Assembly (NCBI GenBank): GCA_004563595.2
Contig: CP042461.1
Coordinates: forward strand, 1 to 32,000
Length of the DNA stretch: 32,000 nucleotides
Reading direction: 5' to 3'
Source: Candidatus Saccharimonadota bacterium
Lineage (GTDB): Bacteria; Patescibacteriota; Gracilibacteria; BD1-5; UBA6164
The position numbers and the translations under genes were made by a program. A model generated the notes under the pieces. That model made no database searches. It worked only from the letters and a program-made list of their open reading frames with translations, and was not told the origin of the DNA. This document shows, piece by piece, positions 20,829 to 31,494 of the stretch; the first letter of the stretch is position 1; each line of letters begins with the position of its first letter.

Positions 20829-21524
20829 CTATTTGGTTATTTTTATAAAACTTTCCACTCATTTATTTTCAAAAAAAAGATATGCTTCATTTACTAGGTT
20901 ATTATCTCAAAAAATTTCTTTTTTTCATCAAACATTTCTTATTTTTAGTTTATTATATTCGGTCCCAGATTTATCCTTCTGTGAGTTCATTCATGTAAGT
21001 TCTATATAGTTTTTATCACGTGAGTGAGAGAAGTAATTTATATGTATATTGTTTAATGTTTCTCCTGATAGATACCCCGTTATTTTTGAATCTTGAGAAA
21101 AACTTCAAGTATAACTTTTATCTCCTCTGTTTACTTGATTAGAGAGGAGTTTATTATTTTTATATATTTTTATATTCCAGAGTGATTCGGGGTTTCATAG
21201 AATATTTATTGTTCCTGTTGCACTCAGGGAATCAAAATGAATAAGTTGAGGGTTTGGGATATCAAATTTATTCGTGTAGTAGACATAAGCAAGAGTACCT
21301 GATGTTGAGTTTATTTCCAATTCATAATCAAATATTCTATAGTGTTTTACGTCATTATCTAATGATTGTATATTACTTTCTAATACATAGAGCTCTTGTC
21401 TTAACTCTTGATTTCAAATGAAATCAGAAAAATAAAGAAGTCCTGAGCTAGAAGTTACTATGATTATAGTAATGACTACCAGGAGTTCGATAAGAGTAAA
21501 AGCGTTTTTGTAATATGAGAGCAT
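20829..21524 (-). CDS. Type IV pilin / pseudopilin-like protein (prepilin N-terminal methylation domain)
   Basis: ATG (complement of 21522-21524) to TAG (complement of 20829-20831), 231 aa. N-terminus MLSYYKNAFTLIELLVVITIIIVTSSSG, with class III signal features (FTLIEL with Glu5, Ala at -1). Confidence 0.7.
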
Positions 21525-21527
21525 AAT

Positions 21528-22625
21528 TTATTTTTTACTTTTTTTAAAACGAAGCTTTGATTTTCCTTTTATTCCAACATCAACTATTTTATTTATAAAT
21601 ACAACAACTACAATAATTATTCAAAATACAATTATTTTTCATGTTCTATCAAGAAAAAGAGCTGTGAGTCAGAATAAAAACGACAATGAGTATATAAGGT
21701 ATAAAACTTGTTTTCTTGCCAATCACAGATCAAGGAGTCTATGGTGTAGGTGTGTGAAATCTCAGGCAAGGAGGCTCTTTTTCTTGACTACTCTATTGAT
21801 AAGAACATAAATAGTATCAACAGTATAGATTCAGAAGACTACGAGTACTGTTGCTATCTTTCCTCAAGCTATAATGGCAAGTGTTGCCAGCATAAAACCA
21901 AGAAACATAGTTCAGGAGTCTCACATAAGTATTCGTTCCTTGAAATCAAAATACCAAAAAGGAATCAATATTCATACAAGAATGATACTTGTTCACATAA
22001 TGAATTTTGCATTCTCTATTCATCACTCATAGTCATCTCTATAAAAAAGAATAATTCATAAAGCAAAGAGGATAGAAAAAGATATTATTGAGAGTCATGA
22101 GGTGTTTCACTGTATTCAGTCTGTCCAGTTTAATGCATTAAATATGAATACATACCATACAACAGTAAAAAGAAGAGGGATAATATATATTGTATAATCC
22201 ACTATATTAAAATAATATGTCTCTAAATTTAATATTCATCAAAATATATTGCTAATATAACCTATTTTTATTGAAGTAACCCCGATAATTGCTCAAATAA
22301 TTACTTGAAAAGCGAGCCTTACTTTTGGACTTACATTGAGCATATCATCCATAAAACTTATAGCAGTGATAAAGAATCAAAAGACCCATATAAGCCCAAG
22401 TTTAAAATTATATTCTAGATATCAAATTTGAGTTGCAAAGAAACTCACGATAAAAAAACTAATAAAAAATACAATTCACATTGAGTATGGAATGGGTTTC
22501 CTTTTCAGTCAGTATTTTTTTGGGTTATCAAGGATCTTGTGTTTCTGAAATAGCTTTTTAAATATTAGTATAGAGCAAAGAGAAGCTATAAGAGAAAAAC
22601 AAAATATGAGTAAATAGTTCAACAT
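21528..22625 (-). CDS. Polyprenyl-phosphate N-acetylhexosamine-1-phosphate transferase (MraY/WecA family)
   Basis: ATG (complement of 22623-22625) to TAA (complement of 21528-21530), 365 aa, polytopic. Motifs ISFMDDMLNVSPKVR (DD motif), NALNWTDGIQGNTSG, LMGDSGTMFLGF and GDFTHLHHRLLDLG point to a WecA/TagO-like enzyme rather than MraY. Confidence 0.78.
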
Positions 22626-22626
22626 T

Positions 22627-23304
22627 TTATATATATTTTTTAAGTAATTTCGAATAGTAGACAAAAACTGTCAAAGTGAGTATAAAGAATCAGAGAGCAA
22701 CTCCATCTATGTTTCATAAATTATAGCTTGTAAGTACTCACCATGCTGATCAAGAAGTAAGAAGGCCGATTCATATAAGATTAAGCCAATATCTTATTTT
22801 ATCCTGTATACTTACCAATCAACTTGTAATAAGTGAAAATCAAATTACTTGGAGTATAGCAAAATTTTGAAATTCAAAGTGAGACATGAATATTATAAAT
22901 AATATTCAATTTAAAGCGAGAAAACTTTTTTCATTGAACCATAAGAGGTTTTTTCAGAGGTAATAAAAACCAAAAGCTTTTATAGCTGCTCATGTGTATG
23001 CTATTTGCCAAAGGATATATTGATACTGTCATAAGTAAATAAAACTATATAATGATATGAGGAGAAAAATACTTAATGAAGTAACTTGATATATGGCTCA
23101 TATTTTATTATTTTGTGCTGTATAATTTGCCTGCATGACCATTATAAAAAGATTTCAAATGAAATTTGCAAGAAAAAGTATGATTATTTCGGTTATGTTT
23201 CATTTTCAGGTAAGATATATGATGACAAGGGCGAATATGAGAAGAATAAAAACCCACCAGTTTTGTTTTAAAAAAGTCTTTAATTCTATTAGAAAGAGGC
23301 TCAT
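22627..23304 (-). CDS. Polytopic membrane protein, possibly a PnuC-like nicotinamide riboside transporter
   Basis: ATG (complement of 23302-23304) to TAA (complement of 22627-22629), 225 aa with TGA=Gly. About 7 hydrophobic segments. The size and a two-repeat layout with conserved Trp/Asn/Gln positions recall PnuC. The function call is weak. Confidence 0.4.
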
Positions 23305-23370
23305 TGTTTTGGTATGTTATAATATGTTTAAAAAATCCCTCAGAATTTTATTTTTGAGAGATTTTTTTCA

Positions 23371-24438
<1,068 letters not shown>

Positions 24439-24479
24439 ATATATATATTTGTGAGTACTTAAAAAATCTAATTTAACGC

Positions 24480-24507
24480 ATTATATGATTTTTGTTTTTC
24501 GAGTCAA
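24480..24507 (-). promoter_or_regulatory. pheS promoter
   Basis: Minus strand reads TTGACT (complement of 24502-24507), 16 nt, TATAAT (complement of 24480-24485), then gcg. It lies about 40 nt upstream of the pheS ATG. Confidence 0.65.
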
Positions 24508-24596
24508 TTTTCAACTTAAATTAAGGTTCTTTTAATGAGAGATGGTTAATATGTATATATTATTTATTTAAATATATTATAAAACATATAAAGTAT

Positions 24597-24625
24597 TTGA
24601 CAAGTAAAGAAATTCATGATAAAAT
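24597..24625 (+). promoter_or_regulatory. Consensus-like sigma70 promoter with extended -10, driving the small unit at 24632-24849
   Basis: TTGACA (24597-24602), 17 nt, TGaTAAAAT (TAAAAT at 24620-24625). Confidence 0.65.
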
Positions 24626-24653
24626 TAGTTTAGTTACTAATTAAATTAATATT

Positions 24654-24827
24654 ATGTCAATTCAAGTCAATGATAATACATTCCATGATTACTTAGAAGA
24701 ATGCCGTTGAGAATCTAACCTACCGCCTTTGCAATTAGGTTGAGATAATGATAGAACGAGAAGGTATATAGCTAATAGATCCTGAGAGGTGTGTAAAATA
24801 TTACAATTTCCCAAAAAGAAAAATTAA
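24654..24827 (+). CDS. Candidate 57-aa small protein; alternatively a non-coding or leader RNA
   Basis: ATG 24654 to TAA 24825-24827, with three in-frame TGA. Translation MSIQVNDNTFHDYLEECRGESNLPPLQLGGDNDRTRRYIANRSGEVCKILQFPKKKN. It has its own promoter and a hairpin plus T8 at the 3' end. No family recognised, so coding status is uncertain. Confidence 0.3.
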
Positions 24828-24849
24828 TCGAATAATTTTTCTTTTTTTT
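24813..24849 (+). terminator. A/U-rich hairpin plus T8 terminator closing the small transcription unit
   Basis: aaaaagaaaaatta (24813-24826), loop atcgaa, taatttttcttttt (24833-24846), and a T-run to 24849. Only one G-C pair, so the stem is weak. Confidence 0.5.
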
Positions 24850-24990
24850 GTGCAAAATATTAGAACATAACTTTGAACTATTGCTTTTTCTAAAGAAAAA
24901 AACTTGCTATTTTTTTAAAAAAAAATAGACTAATTGGAATATTTAAAGAATGGGGAGGAGGGAAATATATTTATACCTTGTTTATTTTTT

Positions 24991-26904
24991 ATGAATTCAT
25001 TAGTAAATAATGCATCTGAAGCTACAATAGCATCTCAAGAATTTCAAGTATCTTCTGTAACTAGGCAAATAGCAATTAATGTATCTGCTTTAGTTTTAAG
25101 TGGGAATTTATGATCATTAAATTTTTCTGATAAAAAAAGCGATATTTTAGCAGATAGAGATAATTTATCAATTTTTTTCAATCATTGTAGGGATATTAAA
25201 TGATTGAACATGATTAGGCACTGATATATTCAAAATAATATTGTTAATTTTGACATAACAGAAGTAAATAAAGATAGTTATAATCATTTAGTCGGACTTT
25301 TGTTATCATATTGATATGTAAATAGTTATGGATCTAGCGAGTCAAGGGAGTTTAATATAATGAGTGTTTCAGAGGAGTTTATAGATGGGAATTTTGAAGG
25401 GCTGGAAAATTTACTAAATGCAAAAAAAGAAGAGATTGTAGGATCTGAGAAAGATATTATAATTGAAATTGCGCGAGAAGTTTCGGATCTATTGTCTATA
25501 ATTTCTGCAATAATATCAAATGCATCTAAAAATACAAAGAATGCGAGACGTATTGAGGTATTTATTGTATTTTTAAGAGAATCTATTTGATCTTTTTTAA
25601 GGAGTATTCATGTTTGAAAATGAAATACTATAAGTGTGGAGAATAACATTATTTATGAATTATTGCTGATAGAGTTAAATTTTTGACATATTATTGACTA
25701 TGCCGATTGTGTAAATAAAAAAAATGTTGATAATGCTTTTGATATTGCTTTTAAACAATTAAATAAAAGTCTGGATCACTTAGTTAAATTATTTGAATGA
25801 AAAGAAAATGATGGTAGATATTATGCTACTCTACAATTAGTGGATATACAAAAATCAAAAATGGTATTAGCTAAATATGAGCGTTATTCCGAGTTGCAGT
25901 TTGAGGTATGTGAAAGACATGAAACAAATAATTTACTTGAAAATAAAGGAGAAATTTGAAAAATACAAGAGATGTGCTTATCTGACGAACAAAAAGAAGA
26001 AAGAGGGCTTAGTATAGAATTACTACTTGATTTTTATTCAAATAAAGCAGGAGTTACATGTGATAGTTCAGAGGATGCAATAACGCATTTTATTTGAAAT
26101 ATAGATTCAAAACACGACAATTTCCATATATTAATTAGACAAATTTATTATATTCTTAGATATACTGATATAGATGTTTTAAAGTTGAAGGAAATGTCAG
26201 ATTCCTTAACTGATTTGGCTTTTAATATAAGTTATTCTGATTTTAGGCATGAGATTAAAAGGATATATGATGCTACTTTTTATCGTCTGAGTTATAATCA
26301 AAGGAGGTCAACTGTAGAAGAGGTTTGAAAGAGAATTTCACAAGAAAATGAAAAAATTGACCCCTTGACTGGAATTTGAAATAGAAAAGCATTTGTTCCC
26401 GATTGAGAAAAATTAATTTCTAGAGTTAATAGAGGGCAGGTGGTAGAACAAGCTATTGTTTGTATGTTAGATTTAGATCATTTTAAATTTATTAATGATG
26501 AATATGGGCATCAAAAATGAGATGATGTTCTTAAAGCTGTAGTTGAAATTCTCCAAGAAAATTTTAGATCAACAGACTCCATATATAGAATTTGATGAGA
26601 GGAATTTGTAGTTCTGGCTGAATGTAAAAAGAAGTCATTACCTATGTGGATTGATAAAATTACGAAAGCTATCCAAGATGAATTATATAAACATGATAAT
26701 GTACAGTTGAAGAATGAAATTACTATAAGTATAGGAGTCTCGCTTTTAGAAGAATGAATGACAATGAAAGAGGCAATGAGTCAAGCTGATCAGGCTATGT
26801 ATTATAAAAAAGAAAATTGAAGAAATGGAGTGCATGTTTATGATAAAAATATGCTTAATGCATATGCTGCTTCAAAAGAGATGAAACAAGCAGTAAATAG
26901 GTAA
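24991..26904 (+). CDS. GGDEF-domain diguanylate cyclase with an unassigned N-terminal region of about 440 aa
   Basis: ATG 24991 to TAA 26902-26904, 637 aa. I verified the frame line by line with TGA=Gly. C-terminus: DPLTGIGNRKAF, MLDLDHFKFINDEYGHQKGDDVLK, I-site RSTD five residues before the active site, then RIGGEEF. Both active-site Gly are TGA (26593-26598). No TM helix seen. Confidence 0.85.
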
Positions 26905-26939
26905 TCTAGATCTAGGTTATATGAAAAGTGTTTTTCTTT

Positions 26940-26967
26940 TTGACAATCAAATTCTTTTTTATATAAT
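26940..26967 (+). promoter_or_regulatory. Promoter of the ribosomal protein operon (upstream of rplC)
   Basis: TTGACA (26940-26945), 16 nt, TATAAT (26962-26967), followed by the GC-rich discriminator gccggagc. Confidence 0.7.
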
Positions 26968-27003
26968 GCCGGAGCTTTTTAAAAATTTCACGAAAAGTTT
27001 TTT

Positions 27004-27054
27004 GGAGGTTAAGTTAAACTACTCCGCATATATGCGAGGGGAAAGTTTAACCTC
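27004..27054 (+). promoter_or_regulatory. Structured 5' leader of rplC with mutually exclusive helices and a 12-nt palindrome
   Basis: gaggttaa (27005-27012) or gttaaact (27013-27020) can each pair with the overlapping 3' segment agtttaacctc (27044-27054). The perfect palindrome CGCATATATGCG lies at 27025-27036. Confidence 0.45.
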
Positions 27055-27082
27055 TGACTTTAGTTTGTTAATAAAAATTTAC

Positions 27083-27688
27083 ATGGCTGGAATAATAGCT
27101 ACTAAATTGGAAATGACGAGAGTAATAAAAGGCGATAGATTTATCCCCGTTACTTTACTTAAAGTTCCAGCGTTAAGAGTTGTATGATATAAGACTCTTG
27201 AAAAGGATGGATACGAGGCAATGATAGTTTGAGTACTAACGGAAAAAGCTGAGGCTGAGTTGAAAGACTGACAAGCTACTATGAGCAAAAATTTATTTTC
27301 TACAATAAAGGAGTTCCCTATTATGGAATGAGATATTGAGAAATATAAAACTTGAGACATAGTAGGTTTGAGTGCATTAGAATGAGATGTAAAAGTTGTG
27401 ATTGAATGATTTTCTAAATGAAAATGATTTACATGAGCGATGAAAAAACATAATTTTCATTGAGGGCCAGGTGGTCACGGTTCGAAGTTCCATAGAGCTC
27501 TAGGTTCTATTGGTAATAGAAAACCTACAAAAGTTCATAAAGGGAAAAAGATGCACGGTCATCATGGTGATATAAAGGTCACTATTAAAAAAATCCCAGT
27601 TGAATTAGTAAACAAAGAAATCGGTGTAGTATGAGTTAGATGAGGTGTTCCAGGAGCAAGAAACTCACAAATTAATATAATTTTTTAG
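27083..27688 (+). CDS. rplC: 50S ribosomal protein L3
   Basis: ATG 27083 to TAG 27686-27688, 201 aa. Translation [38 protein letters not shown]...[25 protein letters not shown]. By hand count, 13 of 29 Gly codons are TGA. Confidence 0.93.
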
Positions 27689-27708
27689 TTACATAACAAG
27701 GGTAAACA

Positions 27709-28332
27709 ATGAAAACTAAATTATTTGATCAAAAATGAAAAGAAGTTTGAGATATCGAACTAAACGATTCAATATTTTGATTAGAATTAAATGAAGGCCT
27801 TGTTCATAGAGCATTAGTATATCAACTTGCAAATAATAGAATTGCAATTGCTCATACTAAGACTAGATGAGAGAGAAGAGGGTCAACAAGAAAAATTTAT
27901 AGACAAAAAGGTACTGGTAGAGCAAGAATGGGTTCAAACAGATCTCCTATTAGGAAGAAAGGTTGAGTTGCGTTCGGGCCAAGGAATACTACGAACTTTG
28001 AATTATCTATGAATAAAAAAGAAAGAAGAAAGGCGTTATTTTGCGTATTATCTTCAAAACTTAAAAATAACGAACTTGTTATTTTAGATACAATTAATTT
28101 CAAAGAAGCGAAAACAAAAAATATGGTGGAAGTTTTTAAGAACATTCCATATGAACAAAAAGCATTGCTTGCAATTCCTTCTAAGAATGAAATGATTGAA
28201 AAGTCTGCTTCTAACATACCATATGTAAAAAGTATACTGGTTGATTATTTAAACATTAAAGATCTCCTTAAATATAAGACACTTGTTTTATTAAAAGACT
28301 CTTTAGAAAATTTAAATACACTCACAAAATAA
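27709..28332 (+). CDS. rplD: 50S ribosomal protein L4
   Basis: ATG 27709 to TAA 28330-28332, 207 aa. Segments [61 protein letters not shown]. Confidence 0.93.
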
Positions 28333-28351
28333 TTTTTTAAGAATTTAAATT

Positions 28352-28648
28352 ATGAGACTGTTTAGGATATTAAAAAAACCTGTAACAACAGAAAAAACTT
28401 CTAACTTAGAGATGTTACAAAATACATACGTGTTTGAAGTTGCAGCTGATGCTACAAAAATTGATATTAAAAAAGCTACGAAAGAACTATATTGAGTAGA
28501 AGTTGCTTCTGTTAATGTTTTAAATACAAGAGAGAAATTTAAACATGCTAAAAAGAGAGGTATGCAATTAAGAAAAAGATCTACAAAAAAAGCTTATATT
28601 ACATTGAAAGATGCAAATGCTAAGATAGATTTTTCAGTAATAAAATAA
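28352..28648 (+). CDS. rplW: 50S ribosomal protein L23
   Basis: ATG 28352 to TAA 28646-28648, 98 aa. Translation MRLFRILKKPVTTEKTSNLEMLQNTYVFEVAADATKIDIKKATKELYGVEVASVNVLN. Confidence 0.9.
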
Positions 28649-28712
28649 TTTATAGTTATGTCGATTAGCTATAACTTCCCCTTATGGGAATTTAGTTTCT
28701 AATAAATTGAAC

Positions 28713-29558
28713 GTGGGAATTAGAAAATTTAAACCTACAACTCCAGGTAGAAGGTGAATGACGGTGAGTACTTTTGAAGAAATCACTACGTCAACACCAT
28801 ACAAAGCTTTAACGGTAAAGCTACAAAAAAAATCAGGGAGAAATAATACTTGAAGAATTACAGTTAGACATCAATGAGGTGGTCATGCTAAAAGGTATAG
28901 ATTAGTTGATTTCTTTCAAGTTGATAAAAAATGAATTGAAGCTAAAGTTGAAACTATTGAGTATGATCCATATAGATCAGCTTGGATTTCACTTGTTTGT
29001 TATAAAGATGGTGAAAGAAGGTATGTAATTGCTCATAAAGATATAAAAGTATGAGATAAATTTATTACTGATGAAAAAACACCTTTAGAATCTTGAAATA
29101 GAATGGAAGTTTGAAATATTCCAACTGGGTTACAAGTCTATAACTTAGAACTTATTGTTGGTCAATGAGCTTCTTCTATAAGAGCTGCAGGATCTTACGG
29201 TACTATTACTTCACAAGAAGGTGAATATACGCAAGTAAAATTACCATCATGAGAAGTAAGACTTGTACATAAAAAATGTTATGCTACTTTAGGTCAAGTT
29301 TCAAATACAGATCATAATCAAGTTGTTCTTTGAAAGGCTTGAAGGTCTAGATGGATGTGAAAAAGACCAACGGTGCTTTGAAAATCAATGAATCCTGTTG
29401 ATCATCCACATGGTGGTTGAGAATGACATTCACCTATCTGAATGAAATCTCCAAAGACTCCATGGGGTATGCCAGCTCTTGGGTATAAAACAAGAAGTAG
29501 AAAGAAAACAACTTCTAGATGGATACTGAGAACAAGAAAAGGTAAACTAATGCTTTAA
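28713..29558 (+). CDS. rplB: 50S ribosomal protein L2
   Basis: GTG 28713 (reads [16 protein letters not shown] as in other L2 proteins; an in-frame TTG at 28707 is the alternative) to TAA 29556-29558. Segments [19 protein letters not shown] and [17 protein letters not shown], with many TGA glycines. Confidence 0.92.
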
Positions 29559-29624
29559 GAGCAAAATAATATATATCATATTTCCCCTGGAAGTATGAAT
29601 AGATAACTTTTAATTAAATATCTT

Positions 29625-29888
29625 ATGACAAGAAGTTTAAAAAAATGACCTTATATTGACGATAGACTTTTATCAAAAGTTGAAAAAATGAATGAGTCAG
29701 GGAAGAAAGGGGTTATAAAAACTTGGTCAAGATCATGTACAGTTATACCTGAGTTTGTTTGACATACATTTGGTGTTCATAACTGAAAAATGCATGTACC
29801 AGTTTTTGTTACAGAAGACATGGTGTGACACAAGTTATGAGAATTCTCTATGACAAGAATCTTCAGAGGACATACATGAAATAAATAA
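29625..29888 (+). CDS. rpsS: 30S ribosomal protein S19
   Basis: ATG 29625 to TAA 29886-29888, 87 aa. Translation [78 protein letters not shown]. Confidence 0.93.
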
Positions 29889-29963
29889 AGGCCCACGAGT
29901 TAGTTCTACTAACCATCCCTGAAAGATCGGGAAAAGTAATTTTATTATTTATAAATAATATTT

Positions 29964-30290
29964 ATGAAAGCCTACGGGAAAAATATCAGGATTTCTCCTA
30001 AGAAATTAAGAGTAATTGCTGAAATTATTAGAGGGCAAGATGCTGAAAGTGCTTTAAAATTTTTAAAGTTTGCTCCTAAGAAATGAGCAGATATCTTATA
30101 CAAGATATTATTCTCAGCTGTAAAAAATGCTGAAAATAATGATAATCAAAAATTGACAGATTTATCTATTGAAACATTATTAATTCAAAAATGAATAGTG
30201 TACAAAAGATGAAATCCTGTTTCTAGATGAAGATCACATAGAATCTTAAAAAGAACGTCTAATATAAAATTAGAATTACAAGTTAAATAG
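29964..30290 (+). CDS. rplV: 50S ribosomal protein L22
   Basis: ATG 29964 to TAG 30288-30290, 108 aa. Translation MKAYGKNIRISPKKLRVIAEIIRGQDAESALKFLKFAPKKGADILYKILFSAVKNAENN. Confidence 0.92.
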
Positions 30291-30374
30291 AAAAACAAAT
30301 AGTATTTGAGAGTTTGTTAGCCCATTCTATTTAGAATAGATAATAGACCGTATTAATTATTAACATATTAAAAT

Positions 30375-31007
30375 ATGTGACATAAAGTAAGTCCAATATC
30401 ATTTAGAATACCATATATTAAAACATGGAAATCTGCTTGGTATGCTGGAAAAAAATGATATAAAGGTATTCTAAGTCTTGATTTAAAAGCAAGAGCAATT
30501 TTAGAAAAAGAATTAACGGGAATTCCTCTTGGAGATGTTCTTGTTGCTAAGAATCAAGATAGTATAGATGTTGTTGTTTATACTGCAAAATCAGTACTTA
30601 TTCTCGGTAAAACTTGAGAAAATAAACAAAAGATTGAAACATTACTTACAAGAAAGCTTGGATTAAAAGTTACTCTAGAAGTAAGAGATGTTAAAAATCC
30701 TGATTTAAATGCAAAAATCGTATGATTTTTAGTTGCAAATCAAATTGAAAAAAGAATGCCATATAAAAGAGCCATTAAACAAGCTATAGCTAAAACTATG
30801 GAAAAATGAGCTAAATGAATTAAGATTAAAGTAGGTTGAAGATTAAATGGTGCTGAAATAGCAAGAAAAGAAACATTTAAAGATGGGAATATTCCTACTC
30901 AAACTATTAGAGCTGATATTGATTATGCTACTATTAGAGCTGAAACTGTATATGGTACACTTGGATTAAAAGTATGGATATATAAATGAGATATTTATAA
31001 AAAATAA
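30375..31007 (+). CDS. rpsC: 30S ribosomal protein S3
   Basis: ATG 30375 to TAA 31005-31007, 210 aa. It begins [11 protein letters not shown] with the invariant Gly2 encoded by TGA (30378-30380). KH segment [19 protein letters not shown]. Confidence 0.93.
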
Positions 31008-31038
31008 AAGCTTTTAGGGTGTCTTCAAGAAAAAAAAC

Positions 31039-31065
31039 TTGACATAATAAAATTTTTTATATACT
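31039..31065 (+). promoter_or_regulatory. Possible internal promoter upstream of rplP
   Basis: TTGACA (31039-31044), 15-nt spacer, TATACT (31060-31065). The short spacer makes this tentative. Confidence 0.3.
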
Positions 31066-31079
31066 AACATGTGCTAAAA

Positions 31080-31484
31080 ATGTTACAACCAAAGAAAACG
31101 AAATATAGAAAAACTCATAGATGAAGATTGAAATGACTAGCTGTGAAAGGTTCTACAATTGCTTTTTGAGATTATGCAATGAAAGCAACGACTAGAGGTT
31201 ACATAACTTCAAGACAGATTGAATCTGCAAGAAGAGCTATGATAAGATGTCTCAAAAGATGAGGAAAAATATGGATCAGAATTTTTCCAGATAAAGCTTA
31301 TACTCAAAAACCTCTAGAGGTTCCAATGGGTTGAGGTAAATGATCTGTGGAAATGTATAGAGCTCCTGTAAAACCTGGTAGAATTATGTTTGAGATAACA
31401 TGAGTTGAACCAGAAGTTGCAAGGGAAGCTTTTAGACTAGCTTCTTACAAGTTGCCAGTTAAAACTAAGGTATTAGTTGACTAA
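31080..31484 (+). CDS. rplP: 50S ribosomal protein L16
   Basis: ATG 31080 to TAA 31482-31484, 134 aa. Translation [54 protein letters not shown]...PMGGGKGSVE. Confidence 0.93.
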
Positions 31485-31494
31485 TCATTTTAAA

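Noticed and set aside
24632-24812. Assigning the small transcription unit to a known riboswitch or ncRNA class (c-di-GMP-I/II, glycine, ZTP, preQ1, 6S, SRP)
   Set aside because: By eye, none of the remembered consensus cores is present beyond short chance matches such as ACCGCCTTTGCA. I leave it unclassified pending a covariance-model scan.
24952-24962. GGGGAGGAGGG as the Shine-Dalgarno of the GGDEF gene
   Set aside because: It is about 30 nt from ATG 24991, and other genes in the window show no SD. It is kept only as an unexplained element in the findings.
26921-27082. N-terminal extension of L3 suggested by ORF-track 26921..27187 (MKSVFLFDNQ...)
   Set aside because: The stretch contains a consensus promoter (26940-26967) and a structured leader. 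L3 orthologs begin at the MAGIIATK-type sequence found at 27083.
28658-28702. 14-codon upstream ORF (MSISYNFPLWEFSF) in the rplW-rplB spacer as a leader peptide
   Set aside because: There is no supporting context such as an amino-acid run or a following terminator. The same nucleotides form the two small hairpins, which I consider the more likely feature. It cannot be distinguished without comparative data.
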